Assembly: GCF_044704955.1 (NCBI RefSeq)
Contig: NW_027253860.1
Coordinates: forward strand, 310,001-374,000
Length of the DNA: 64,000 nucleotides
Direction: 5' to 3'
Source of the DNA: Pristiophorus japonicus
Taxonomy: Eukaryota
The notes under the pieces were generated by a model. That model was not told the origin of the DNA and ran no database searches. It worked only from the letters and a program-made list of their open reading frames with translations. Positions within the stretch are counted from its first letter, which is position 1, and every line of letters begins with the position of its first letter. A program made the position numbers and the translations under genes. Of the stretch, positions 38,045 to 50,584 are shown piece after piece.

Positions 38045-40610
38045 GGGGAAGAGTGACCATAATATGGTGGAATTCTGCATTGGGATGGAGAATGAAACAG
38101 TTAATTCAGAGACCATGGTCCAGAACTTAAAGAAGGCTAACTTTGAAGGTATGAGGCGTGAATTGGCTGGGATGGATTGGCGAATGATACTTAAGGGGTT
38201 GACTGTGGATGGGCAATGGCAGACATTTAGAGACTTTTGGATGAACTACAACAATTGTACATTCCTGTCTGGCATAAAAATAAAAAAGGGAAGGTGGCTC
38301 AACCGTGGCTATCAAGGGAAATCAGGGATAGTATTAAAGCCAAGGAAGTGGCATACAAATTGGCCAGAAATAGCAGTGAACCTGGGGACTGGGAGAAATT
38401 TAGAACTCAGCAGAGGAGGACAAAGGGTTTGATTAGGGCAGGGAAAATGGAGTATGAGAAGAAGCTTGCAGGGAACATTAAGACGGATTGCAAAAGTTTC
38501 TATAGATATGTAAAGAGAAAAAGGTTAGTAAAGACAAACGTAGGTCCTCTGCAGTCAGAATCAGGGGAAGTCATAACGGGAAACAAAGAAATGGCGGACC
38601 AATTGAACAAGTACTTTGGTTCGGTATTCACGAAGGAGGACACGAACAACCTTCCGGTTATAAAAGGGGTCGGGGGGTCTAGTAAGGAGGAGGAACTGAG
38701 GGAAATCCTTATTAGCCGGGAAATTGTGTTGGGGAAATTGATGGGATTGAAGGCCGATAAATCCCCAGGGCCTGATGGACTGCATCCCAGAGTACTTAAG
38801 GAGGTGGCCTTGGAAATAGTGGATGCGTTGACAGTCATTTTCCAACATTCCATTGACTCTGGATCAGTTCCTATGGAGTGGAGGGTAGCCAATGTAACCC
38901 CACTTTTTAAAAAAGGAGGGAGAGAGAAAACAGGGAATTATACACCGGTCAGCCTGACATCGGTAGTGGGTAAAATGATGGAATCAATTATTAAGGATGT
39001 CATAGCAGTGCATTTGGAAAGAGGTGACATGATAGGTCCAAGTCAGCATGGATTTGTGAAAGAGAAATCATGCTTGACAAATCTTCTGGAATTTTTTGAG
39101 GATGTTTCCAGTAGAGTGGATAAGGGAGAACCAGTTGATGTGGTATATTTGGACTTTCAGAAGGCGTTCGACAAGGTCCCACACAAGAGATTGATGTGCA
39201 AAGTTAGAGCACATGGGATTGGGGGTAGTGTACTGACATGGATTGAGAACTGGTTGTCAGACAGGAAGCAAAGAGTAGGAGTAAATGGGTACTTTTCAGA
39301 ATGGCAGGTAGTGACTAGTGGGGTACCGCAAGGTTCTGTGCTGGGGCCCCAGCTGTTTACACTGTACATTAATGATTTAGATGAGGGGATTAAATGTAGT
39401 ATCTCCAAATTTGCGGATGACACTAAGTTGGGTGGCAGTGTGAGCTGTGAGGAGGATGCTGTGAGGCTGCAGAGCGACTTGGATAGGTTAGGTGAGTGGG
39501 CAAATGCATGGCAGATGAAGTATAATGTGGATAAATGTGAGGTTATCCACTTTGGTGGTAAAAACAGAGAGACAGACTATTATCTGAATGGTGACAGATT
39601 AGGAAAAGGGGAGGTGCAAAGAGACCTGGGTGTCATGGTACATCAGTCATTGAAGGTTGGCATGCAGGTGCAGCAGGCGGTTAAGAAAGCAAATGGCATG
39701 TTGGCCTTCATAGCAAGGGGATTTGAGTACAGGGGCAGGGAGGTGTTGCTACAGTTGTACAGGGCATTGGTGAGGCCACACCTGGAGTATTGTGTACAGT
39801 TTTGGTCTCCTAACCTGAGGAGGGGACCTCATAGAAACATATAAAATTCTTTGTTCCCCGTTATGACTTCCCCTGATTCTGACTGCAGAGGACCTACGTT
39901 TGTCTTTACTAACCTTTTTCTCTTTACATATCTATAGAAACTTTTGCAATCCGTCTTAATGTTCCCTGCAAGCTTCTTCTCATACTCCATTTTCCCTGCC
40001 CTAATCAAACCCTTTGTCCTCCTCTGCTGAGTTCTAAATTTCTCCCAGTCCCCAGGTTCACTGCTATTTCTGGCCAATTTGTATGCCACTTCCTTGGCTT
40101 TAATACTATTGAGGGAGTGCAGCGAAGGTTCACCAGACTGATTCCCGGGATGGCGGGACTGACCTATCAAGAAAGACTGGATCAACTGGGCTTGTATTCA
40201 CTGGAGTTCAGAAGAATGAGAGAGGACCTCATAGAAACATATAAAATTCTGACGGGGTTAGACAGGTTAGATGCAGGAAGAATGTTCCCAATGTTGGGGA
40301 AGTCCAGAACCAGAGGTCACAGTCTAAGGATAAGGGGTAAGCCATTTAGGACCGAGATGCGGAGGAACTTCTTCACCCAGAGAGTGGTGAACCTGTGGAA
40401 TTCTCTACCACAGAAAGTTGTTGAGGCCAATTCACTAAATATATTCAAAAAGGAGTTAGATGAGGTCCTTACTACTAGGGGGATCAAGGGGTATGGCGAG
40501 AAAGCAGGAATGGGGTACTGAAGTTGAATGTTCAGCCATGAACTCATTGAATGGCGGTGCAGGCTAGAAGGGCCGAATGGCCTACTCCTGCACCTATTTT
40601 CTATGTTTCT
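38045..40610 (+). mobile_element. 5'-truncated CR1 with an intact RT core and an internal inverted duplication
   Basis: ORF 38237-39844; inverted segment at 39847-40109; 3' end at 40107-40610. Confidence 0.93.
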
Positions 40611-41005
40611 GTGAGGGGGTCTGTGTTACAAGGATAGGCTAGAGCGACTGGGATGGAATTTTCTTCAAACAGGAAGATTGAGGGAGGATTTGATCGAGAT
40701 GTTCAAAGTGATAAAAGGAGTAGATGAGTTACAGACAGACAGAAGCTTTACATTGGCAGTTATATGGAAGACACAAGGCCGTGAGCACATGGACCCCCGG
40801 CTGAGCGCACAGCCTGAAGTAGCGCTCCCACCCTGGAAAATTCCAGCCGTAAAATTTCAAAGGTGCAGAAGGAGGGAAGGGCAGAGAGAGAAAACACAAC
40901 AACAAGAGCACGGGACAGAGATACAGAAGGACAATAAGAGAAAGGGAGGCAAAGGTTGAGATACAGTCACATGGAGAAAACAGGTGGGACAATGAGAGTG
41001 TGTGG

Positions 41006-41040
<35 letters not shown>

Positions 41041-41312
41041 GGCGATACAGATGGACAGAGAGAGGCAGAAGGAGAAGGAGAGAAACACTGAAAGAGAGGG
41101 TGTAAAACACAAAACTCCTTTAATCACCTGAGAAATTGCAGTGTATTTTATAACTGGGTGATTTAATGCTGTTTATGTTTGCATTTATTTATCCGTACAG
41201 CAAGAGAAAACCCTCAGTCCCCAGCTAGTCTGCCCCCATTCTTGGGCTGATTCCATCCCCTGCACCAATCAATATCAGACTGAAATGAGACAGGAAATGA
41301 AATTGTATTTAC

Positions 41313-41457
41313 CCTTCCGCTTTTAATCTGCTTTGAAAACATGCCCATTTTTTCACGTAGAATACTGCGGCTATGAAGATGCAGAGTAAGGCGGCTAATA
41401 CCAGGGCACAGACTGCAATGCTGATGATGATATTCAGAGACCACTTTTCAGATAACT
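41313..41457 (-). CDS. Receptor gene exon: short stalk plus transmembrane helix (phase 1-2, 145 bp)
   Basis: Acceptor ttttgatattttacag| and donor |gtaaat. In frame with V2 it reads ELSEKWSLNIIISIAVCALVLAALLCIFIAAVFYVKKWACFQSRLKAE(G): a long uncharged hydrophobic stretch followed by KK. Confidence 0.88.
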
Positions 41458-41536
41458 CTGTAAAATATCAAAAGGTGACGTATAGTTCAATAGCAGTAAG
41501 GTGAATCGAGTAAAGACTCGGATTCCTGTCCTTCAG

Positions 41537-41797
41537 AAAACCAGGTTTAATATAAGCACAACCGAAACAGGCAACTCTCCCTCGGTATAACATTAAAACC
41601 AGGTTTAATATAAGCACAACCGAGACAGGCAACTCCCCCTCGGTATAACATTAAAACCAGGTTTAATATAAGCACAACCGAGACAGGCAGCTCTCCCTCG
41701 GTATAACATTAAAACCAGGTTTAATATAAGCACAACCGAGACAGGCAGCTCTCCCTCGGTATAACATTAAAACCAGGTTTAATAATAAGCACAACCG
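41537..41797. repeat. 58-bp tandem repeat, about 4.5 copies
   Basis: aaaaccaggtttaatataagcacaaccgagacaggcaactctccctcggtataacatt. Confidence 0.92.
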
Positions 41798-41804
41798 TTA
41801 AGTT

Positions 41805-42347
41805 CCCTCAGTAACCTTTTCCTGCTTTCTCTCCATACCCCTTGATCTCTTTAGCCGTAAAGGCCATATCTAACTCCCTCTTGAATATATCCAATGAACT
41901 GGCATCAACAACTCTCTTTGGCACGGAATTCCACAGGTTAACTACTCTCTGAGTGAAGAAGTTTCTCTTCATCTCAGTCCTAAATGGCCTACCCCTTATC
42001 CTAAGATTATGTCCCCTGGTTCTGGACTTCCCCAACATCGAGAACATTCTTCCCACATCTAACCTGTCCAGTCCCGTCAGAATCTTATACGTCTCTATGA
42101 GATCCCCTCTCATCCTTCTAAACTCCAGTGAATTAAGGCCCAGTTGATCCAGTTTCTCCTCATATGTCAGTCCAGCCATCCCTGGAATCAGTCTGGTGAA
42201 CCTTCGCTGCACTCCCTCAATAGCAAGAATGTCCTTCCTCAGATTAGGAGACCAAAACTGAACACAATATTCCAGGTGATGCCTCACCAAGGCCCTGTAC
42301 AACTGCAGTAAGACCTCCCTGCTCCTATACTCAAATCCTCTAGCTAT
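41805..42347 (-). mobile_element. CR1 3' fragment
   Basis: IARGFEYRSREVLLQ...KGYGEKAGKGY. Confidence 0.9.
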
Positions 42348-42350
42348 GCA

Positions 42351-42690
42351 CTTGGACTGGGGTAAGGTACTTTGGCTGGGGGAGGGATGTACTTGGTCTG
42401 GGGTAAGGTACTTTGACTGGGGGAGGGATATACCTGGACTGGGGTAAGGTACTTTGGCTGGGGGAGGGATATACCTGGACTGGGGTAAGGTACTTTGACT
42501 GGGGGAGGTATATACTTGGACTGGGGTAAGGTACTTTGGCTGGGGGAGGGATATACCTGGACTGGGGTAAGGTACTTTGGCTGGGGGAGGGATATACTTG
42601 GTCTGGGGTAAGGTACTTTGACTGGGGGAGGGATATACTTGGACTGGGGTAAGGTACTTTGGCTGGGGGAGGGATATACCTGGACTGGGG
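42351..42690. repeat. 41-bp minisatellite, about 8 copies
   Basis: cttggactggggtaaggtactttggctgggggagggatata. Confidence 0.93.
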
Positions 42691-43257
42691 TCAGGCCCTT
42701 GCTGTCTTCTGGGGAGCTCTGTCCTCTGTCGCTTCAGGAAGTCAAAGTGGATCGAATTACAATTTGCAAAGTCAGTGAGACCTTGGGATGGGCGGTTCCA
42801 GTTACACATTCCAGTGAAACTTCAGGGTGTGGCTTATCCTCCACAAGGACCAATCATTGACAAAGAGTGGAGCATGGCGGCCATTTTTGCAGTACAAATA
42901 AGTGTGCCCATTTCTTTTCCCATGTCTGTTTTCCCCTCTCCCTTCTCTTTTGTTCTGAGTGGCCCACACCCAAAATGTCAACTCCTCCGTTTTCTCCACA
43001 AAAAACAGACTGGCCGAGACATTCCGTATGTTCTGTTGTTGTTCCAGAGTTTTGATCCATTCTTACATCGCCACTATTCAACTCTGGCATTTCGCACATC
43101 ACTAACAACATTCCCACTCTCTGTTCCACAGCACGACAGTAACGACTGTGTCTGACGGTATATTTCCACTGGTCCACCCCACTGTGTGAAGGTTACACAT
43201 GTTCCCAGTAAGGAGCTGTTACTGTGACCCTGCCAGTGTGAGCTAACATTGACTTAC

Positions 43258-43605
43258 CGGTTACATTGAGCTGGGTCCCTGCTCCATAGATGTAGCTCCA
43301 CACACTGCAGCTGTAGGCAGCAGTATCACTAAGGGACACATTCATGATGGTCAGAATGTAACTGTTACTGGTGATGTTCCTGGAAGGCAGAAAACGGTCG
43401 TGGAAACCCCAGGACTTGGTAATGGTGCCATTCACAAACTGGCTCATCACCCACTCGCTGTTGTTCCCGGGTCGCTGGCAGTGCCAGTGGACATCAGCGT
43501 CACTCACACTGGCATTGTACATGGCACATTGTAACTGCACGGTTTCACCCTCTGGGACCTTGCTGACTGTTGGATGCTGAACAAGGACCGGATCAGCCAA
43601 TGGAT
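43258..43605 (-). CDS. Receptor gene exon: Ig V-set domain 2 with joined J-like G strand (phase 1-1, 348 bp)
   Basis: Acceptor tttcccatgtacag| and donor |gtaagt. Translation PLADPVLVQHPTVSKVPEGETVQLQCAMYNASVSDADVHWHCQRPG...DTAAYSCSVWSYIYGAGTQLNVT; 60/111 residues identical to V1 in an ungapped hand alignment. Confidence 0.93.
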
Positions 43606-43689
43606 CTGTACATGGGAAATATATGGAGCTTAACACAAAGAAATATATTTCTCCAGCTTTCAAAGTTTAACAATTTATAACATTTGGAG

Positions 43690-44487
43690 TTAGAAGGTTA
43701 TGGGTTCATGTCCCACTCCAGAGACTTCAGCACATATCTAGACATTCCAGTGCAGTATGGAGTGCAGTAGGCTGACACTCCCAGTGCAGTGCTGAGGGAG
43801 CGCTGCACTGTCCGAGGAGCCAGCTTTTGAATGAGTTGTTAAACCGAGGCCCCGTCTGCTCTCTCAAGTGGATGTAAAAGATCCCACGGCACTATTTTGA
43901 AGAAGAGCAGGGAAGTTATCCCCAGTGCCCTGGCCATTATCACATTGCTGTTTGTGGGAGCTTGCTGTGTGCAAAGTGGCTGCCATGTTTCCTACATTAC
44001 AACAGTGTCTACATTTCAACAAGTACTTCATTGGCTGTAAAGTGCTTTGGGACATCATGAGGTCATGAAAAGCACTGTAGAAATTCAAATCTTTCTTTCT
44101 CAGAGTCACAATGTCGTGGGTTCAAGTCCCACTCCAGAGATCCCAGCACATATCTAGACACTCCAGTGCAGTATGGAGGGTGTGCTGCACTGTTGGAGGT
44201 GCTGTTATTGAAATGAGATGTCAAACCAAGATTGGCATCTCAGTTGGATGTAAAAGATCTCACGGCATTATTCGAAGATTAGCAGGGGAGTTCTCCCAGT
44301 GTCCAGGCCAACATTTATACCTAAAACACATGATCTGGCTATTTATTTAATCGCTGTTTGTGGGACCTTGTGTGTTTCCTAAATTACAACAGAGACTACA
44401 CTTCACATGTACTTCATTGGCTTATGTAAAGTGCTTTGGGACATCCCGAGACTGAAAGGCACTATAGAAGTGCAGGTTCTTTCTCTT
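43690..44487 (+). mobile_element. Two tandem DeuSINE (SacSINE1-like) copies
   Basis: gggttca.gtcccactccagaga head, gctgcactgt..gagg..g...gatgtaaaagat core and cattggct..taaagtgctttgggacatc tail, each occurring twice. Confidence 0.8.
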
Positions 44488-44639
44488 AGTGTCTATCCCT
44501 GATGCCTCCAAAAGGCCAATGGAAGGCTGGGACCAGGCATATCCGGGTCCAGGAATAATTTGCAGCCCTCCCATGCACTCCAGGCAGAGTTATAGCAGCA
44601 GAGTGGCCGAGAGCTGTGGATAAGAACATAAGAAGTTAC

Positions 44640-47600
44640 GGACATTGGAACAGGTTCTGGGGGAGGTGGGACCAGTACAAACCAGGCGGTCTGCACATAG
44701 GCAGGACCGGAACCAATGTCCTGGGGGGAGTGTTTGCTCGTGCTGTTGGGGAGGAGTTAAACTAATATGGCGGGGGATGGGAACCAATGCAGGGAGACAG
44801 AGGGAAACAAAAAGGAGACAAAAGCAAAAGACAGAAAGGAGATGAGTAAAAGTGGAGGGCAGAGAAATTCAAGGCAAAAAACAAAAAGGGCCACTGAATA
44901 TAAAGGGGCTGGAGGAAGGGTCAAAACTAAAAATCATGCTTTAAAAACTAGTCTTAAAACAGTCTACCTAAAAGCACGCAGCATTCGAAATAAAGTAAAT
45001 GAGTTGACGGCACAAATCATTACAAATGGGTATGATTTGGTGGCCAATACAGAAATGTGGTTGCAAGACCAAGACTGGGAATTAAACATACAGGGGTATC
45101 TGACGATTCGGAAAGATAGACAAGAAGGGAAAGGAGGTGGGGTAGCTCTGTTAATAAAGGATGATATCAGGGCAGTTGTGAGAGACGATATTGGCTCTGA
45201 TGAACAAAATGTTGAATCATTGTGGGTGGAGATTAGAGATAGTAAGGGGAAAAAGTCACTTATAGGCCCCCAAATAATAACTTCACGGTGGGGCAGGCAA
45301 TAATCAAGGGAATAATGGAGGCATGTGAAAAAGGAATGGCAGTAATCATGGGGGATTTTAACCTACTGATCGATTGGTTAAATCAAATCGCACGGGGTAG
45401 CCTGGAGGAGGAATTCATAGAATGCATATGGGATTGTTTCTGAGAACAGTATGATACAGAACCTACAAGGGAGCAAGCTATCTTAGATCTGGTCCTGTGT
45501 AATGAGACAGGAATAATAAATGATCTCCTCGTAAAAGATCCTCGCGGAACGAGTGATCACAGTATGATTGAATTTGTAATACAGATTGAGGGTGAGGAAG
45601 TAGTGTCTCAAACGAGCGTACTATGCTTAAACAAAGGGGACTACAGTGGGATGAGGGCAGAGTTGGCTAAAGTAGACTGGAAACACAGACTAAATGGTGG
45701 CACAATTGAGGAACAGTGGAGGACTTTTAAGGAGCTCTTTCATAGTGCTCAACAAAAATATGTTCCAGTGAAAAAGAAGGGCGGTAAGAGAAGGGATAAC
45801 CAGCCGTGGATAACCAAGGAAATAAAGGAGAGTATCAAATTAAAAACCAATGCGTATAAGGTGGCCAAGGTTAGTGGGAAACTAGAAGATTGGGAAAATT
45901 TTAAACGACAGCAAAGAATGACTAAGAAAGCAATAAAGAAAGGAAAGATAGATTACGAAGGTAAACTTGCGCAAAACATAAAAACGGATAGTAAAAGCTT
46001 TTACAGATATATAAAACGGAAAAGAGTGACAAAAGTAAATGCTGGTCCCTTAGAAGATGAGAAGGGGGATTTAATAATGGGAAATGTGGAAATGGCTGAG
46101 ACTTTAAATAATTATTTTGCTTCGGTCTTCACAGTGGAAGACACAAAAACCATGCCAAAAATTGCTGGTCACGGGAATGTGGGAAGGGAGGCCTTGAGAC
46201 AATCACTATCACGAGGGGGGTAGTGCTGGACAGGCTAATGGGACTCAAGGTAGACAAGTCCCCTGGTCCTGATGAAATGCATCCCAGGGTATTAAAAGAG
46301 ATGGCGGAAGTTATAGCAGATGCATTCGTTATAATCTACCAAAATTCTCTGGACTCTGGGGAGGTACCAGCGGATTGGAAAGCAGCTAATGTAACGCCTC
46401 TGTTTAAAAAAGGGGGCAGACAAAAGGCAGGTAACTATAGGCCGGTTAGTTTAACATCTGTAGTGGGGAAAATGCTTGAAACTATCATTAAGGAAGAAAT
46501 AGCGGGACATCTAGATAGGAATAGTGCAATCAAGCAGACACAACATGGATTCATGAAGGGGAAATCATGTTTAACTAATTTACTGGAATTCTTTGAGGAT
46601 ATAACGAGCATGGTGGATAGAGGTGTACCGATGGATGTGGTGTATTTAGATTTTCAAAAGGCATTCGATAAGGTGCAACACAAAAGGTTACTGTAGAAGA
46701 TAAAGGTACGCGGAGTGAGATGAAATGTATGAGCATGGATCGAGAATTGGCTGGCTAACAGAAAGCAGAGAGTCGAGATAAATGGGTCCTTTTCAGGTTG
46801 GAAATCGATGTTAGTGGTGTGCCACAGGGATCGGTGCTGGGACCACAACTGTTTACAATATACATAGATGACCTGGAAGAGAGGACAGAGTGTAGTGCAA
46901 CAAAATTTGCAGATGACACAAAGATTAGTGGGAAAGCGGTTGTGTAGAGGACACAGAGAGGCTGCAAAGAGATTTAGATAGGTTAAGCGAATGGGCTAAG
47001 CTTTGGCAGATGGAATACAATGTCGGAAAGTGTGAGGTCATCCACCTTGGGAACAAAAACAGTAAAAGGGAATATTATTTGAATGGGGAGAAATTACAAC
47101 ATGCTGTTAGGCAGAGGGACCTGGGGGTCCTGTGCATGGATCCCAAAAAGTTAGTTTGCAGGTGCAGCAGGTAATCAGGAAGGCGAATGGAATGTTGGCC
47201 TTCATTGCGAGAGGGATGGAGTACAAAAGCAGGGAGGTCCTTCTGCAACTGTATAGGGTATTGGTGAGGCCGCACCTGGAGTACTGCGTGCAGTTTTGGT
47301 CACCTTACTAAAGGAAGGATTTACTAGCTTGAAGCGGGTGCAGAGACGATTCACTCGGCTGATTCCGGAGATGAGGGAGTTACCTTATGATGATAGATTG
47401 AGTAGACTGGGTCTTTACTCGTTGGAGTTCAGAAGGATGAGGGGTGATCTTATTAGAAACATTTAAAATAATGAAAGGGATAGACAAGATAGAGGCAGAG
47501 AGGTTCGGGGAGACTAGAACTAGGGGGCACAGCCTCAAAATACGGGGGAGCAAATTTAAAACCGAGTTGAGAAGGAATTTCTTCTCCCAAGGGTTGTGAA

Positions 47601-47833
47601 TCTGTGGAATTCTCTGCCCAAGGAAGCAGTTGAGGCTAGCTCATTGAATGTATTCAAGTCACAGATGGATAGATTTTTAACCAATAAGGGAATTAAGGGT
47701 TATGGGGAGCGGGCAGGTAAGTGGAGCTGAGTCCACGGCCAGATCAGCCATGATCTTGTTGAATGGCGGAGCAGGCTCGAGGGGCTAGATGGCCTACTCC
47801 TGTTCCTAATTCTTATGTTCTTCTGTTCTTATG
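44640..47833 (+). mobile_element. CR1 LINE, from the end of ORF1 to the 3' tail, frameshifted
   Basis: APE and RT ORF fragments at 44767-46696 and a recognisable C-terminal region; tcttatgt tail. Confidence 0.93.
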
Positions 47834-49045
47834 TAGGAGGAGGAGTAGGCCATTTGGCTCCTCGAGCCTGCTCCGCCATTCAATAAGATCATGGCTAATC
47901 CGATCATGGACTCAGCTCCACTTTCCTGCCCATCTCCGGAATCAACCTGGTGAACCTTCTCAGAACAGCCTCCAATGCAAGTCTATCCTTCCGTAAATAC
48001 GGAGACTAAAACTGCACGCAGTACTCCAGGTGTGGCCTCACCATACCCTGTGTAGAAGTGTGATGATAGAATTAGATTAGTTCTCACTGGAGCAGGGATA
48101 TTTCATTGAGAGAGGACATGAAGCAGGTTTTTTAAATGCTGAAAATAGACTGGGGTATAGAGGGCATAATTTCAAAGTTTGCAGATGAGGAGGAAAGCAG
48201 CAGCCTCCAGGAGGACTGGTGAAATGAGCAGATACATGGCAGATGCAATTTAATGCAGAGAAGTGTGAAGTGATGCATTTTGGAAGGAAAAATGAGGAAC
48301 GGTAATATGAACTAAATGGTGCAATTATAAAGTGGGTGCAGGAACAGGGAGCCCTGGAGGTTCACATACAAATCTTCATAGTGGCAGGACAAGTTGATGA
48401 GGCTTTAAAAGAGCTAAAAAACCCTGGGTTTATAAATCGAGGTGTAGAGTACAAAAGCAAGGAAGTGATGCTAAACCTCCATACATCACTGGTTAGACCT
48501 CAGCTGGACTATTGTGTCCAATTCTGGGCACCACACTTTAGGAACAATGTCAAGGCCTTGGTGAGGGTGCAGAGGAGATTTACTAGAATGAGACCAGAGA
48601 TGAGGGACTTCAGTTATGTGGAGAGACTGAAGAAGTTAGGATTGTTCTCCTTAGAGCAGTGAAGTCACAGGGGGATTTAATCGAGGCGTTCAAAATTCTG
48701 AGGGGTTTTGCTGGAGTAAATGAGGATGAAATGTTTCCAGTGTGGGGAGGATCAGTAACCAGAGCACACAGATTGACGATAATTAACAAAAGTACCAGGG
48801 GGGAGGGGGGAAAGAGATGAGAATTCCTTTTTACGCAGCGAGTTGCTGTGATCTGGAATGCGCTGCCTGAAAGGGCGGTGGAAGATTCAATAGTAACTTT
48901 CAAAATGGAATTGGATAAATATTTGAAAAGGAATAAAATTGCAGGGCTGTGGGGAAAGAGCAGGGGCAGTGGGAACAATTGGATCGTTCTTTCAAAGAGC
49001 CAGCACGGGCACGATGGGCCGAATGGCCTCTTTCTGTGCTGTAAG
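47834..49045. mobile_element. CR1 fragments (minus strand 47834-48050, plus strand about 48140-49045)
   Basis: LVRPQLDYCVQFWAP and IWNALPERAVE motifs. Confidence 0.8.
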
Positions 49046-49429
49046 ATTTATATAAAAGCTTGGATAATACAAGTGTAAACTTTATCAAAGTTTGATTCAA
49101 ACAGAAGGAAGTCGGAGCATAAAACTGGTCAATGGGACTGTGGAGCGAGAACAGCTTGTATTGTGAGACAGCAAGTACCTAAAATATACAGCGCATGGTG
49201 TTTGTCTCAATGTTATACCAGTGATGGTCATCCCTGCCCTACTTCAATAACTGCACTTGGTGCGAGGGGGAACACATCCTCTGCCCAGAACATCGCAAAT
49301 CCAGCCAAACAATTTTTATAGAATTAACCACAAATCATTATTTCAGGTGAATTTACAAAGAATGAACAAATCCTGTCGGGAGCGGAAAGGAGCAGCATAA
49401 AAATCAACTTAGGAATTAAATCGAGGGTA

Positions 49430-49967
49430 AGGGAGGGATATGTGGGTGGGGGAGGGGAGGGGATGTGCGGAGACATGGGGATGTGGGTGGGGGAGGGGGG
49501 ATGTGGGTGGGGGAGGAGACGTGGGGGAGGGGGGATGTGGGTGGGGGAGGGGGGAAGTGGGTTGGGGAGGGGACGTGGGGGAGCAGGATGTGGGTGGGGG
49601 AGAGGGGGCGTTGGTGGGGGAGGGGACGTGAGGGAGGGGGAGGGGACGTGGGGGAGGGGGAGGGGACGTGGGGGAGGGGACGTGGGGGAGGGGGAAGGGA
49701 CGTGGGGAGGGGGAGGGGTGATGTGGTTGGGGGGGGACGTGGGGGAGGGGTGATGTGGGTGGGGGACGACGTGGGGGAGGGGTGATGTGGGTGGGGGAGA
49801 GGACGTGGGGGAGGGGGAGGGGTGATGTGTGTGGGGGAGGGGACGTGGGGGAGGGGGGTGATTGGATGGGGGAGGGGACGTGGGGGAGGGGGAGGGGTGA
49901 TGTGGGTGGGGGGGACGTGGGGGAGGGGGAGGGGTGATGTGGTGGGGGGGATGTGGGGGAGGGGGAG
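49430..49967. repeat. G-rich repeat (ggggaggggacgtg)n
   Basis: Seen directly. Confidence 0.92.
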
Positions 49968-50584
49968 ATCAGCACAGCCCGGGTTCAGCTTTCCCGATGT
50001 GAAACTTTGAATGGGCCGCGCCGCCCGTTAAAGGGACCACGCATCAAAAAGCAAATGCAGGGTAACACTGATGGGGATATGTGTGGGTGTGAATGGTAAC
50101 TTGGGCAAGGAGTCAGGGCCTGTGGACTGGACCATCACGAGGAGAAAATAGGTGCAGATAAATGTGAGAAATTATTGCAAAACTATCTGCTGCTGAGTTG
50201 CACTGTGACGGATTACTGGCACTTCAACGTTTAGTAATGTTGAATTTTAAAAGAATCAAATCGCCTTAGAATTCCTAATCCCTGTCAGTGTAAGTGAAAT
50301 CACACTTTAGGCGAAACAATATATTTCCATCAAGTTTGGGAAGCTCCTGTGTTCTATTGAGAAGTGAAGTGTGTATAAGAGGGATCCCACAATGCCGTGC
50401 TCCCAGTGAGAAGCTACAGTCCCATGGAATGTGGGTCAGATATAGGGCCACAACATCACAGCCCCAATTCTCCAGTCCATGCTCCCAGTGTGTGTGTGCC
50501 TCTCGACTGGGAGTGTATTGTTGTAAAATTACCCTCTCTGTAGTAATGCTATTATGAATAAAACCAAATGTAACTTATACTTAC

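Noticed and set aside
41808-42809. 333-aa ORF with a Pro/Ser/Tyr repeat fused to an RT C-terminal region
   Set aside because: Chance read-through from a 41-bp minisatellite into a CR1 fragment.
42775-43177. Possible C1 constant-domain exon after V2
   Set aside because: No Ig C motifs in the listed ORFs and no convincing splice pair; V2 joins the TM exon in phase.
50201-50207. CACAGTG heptamer downstream of V1 (and another at 43180-43186 downstream of V2)
   Set aside because: Neither abuts the coding end, and no ACAAAAACC-like nonamer lies at 12 or 23 bp.
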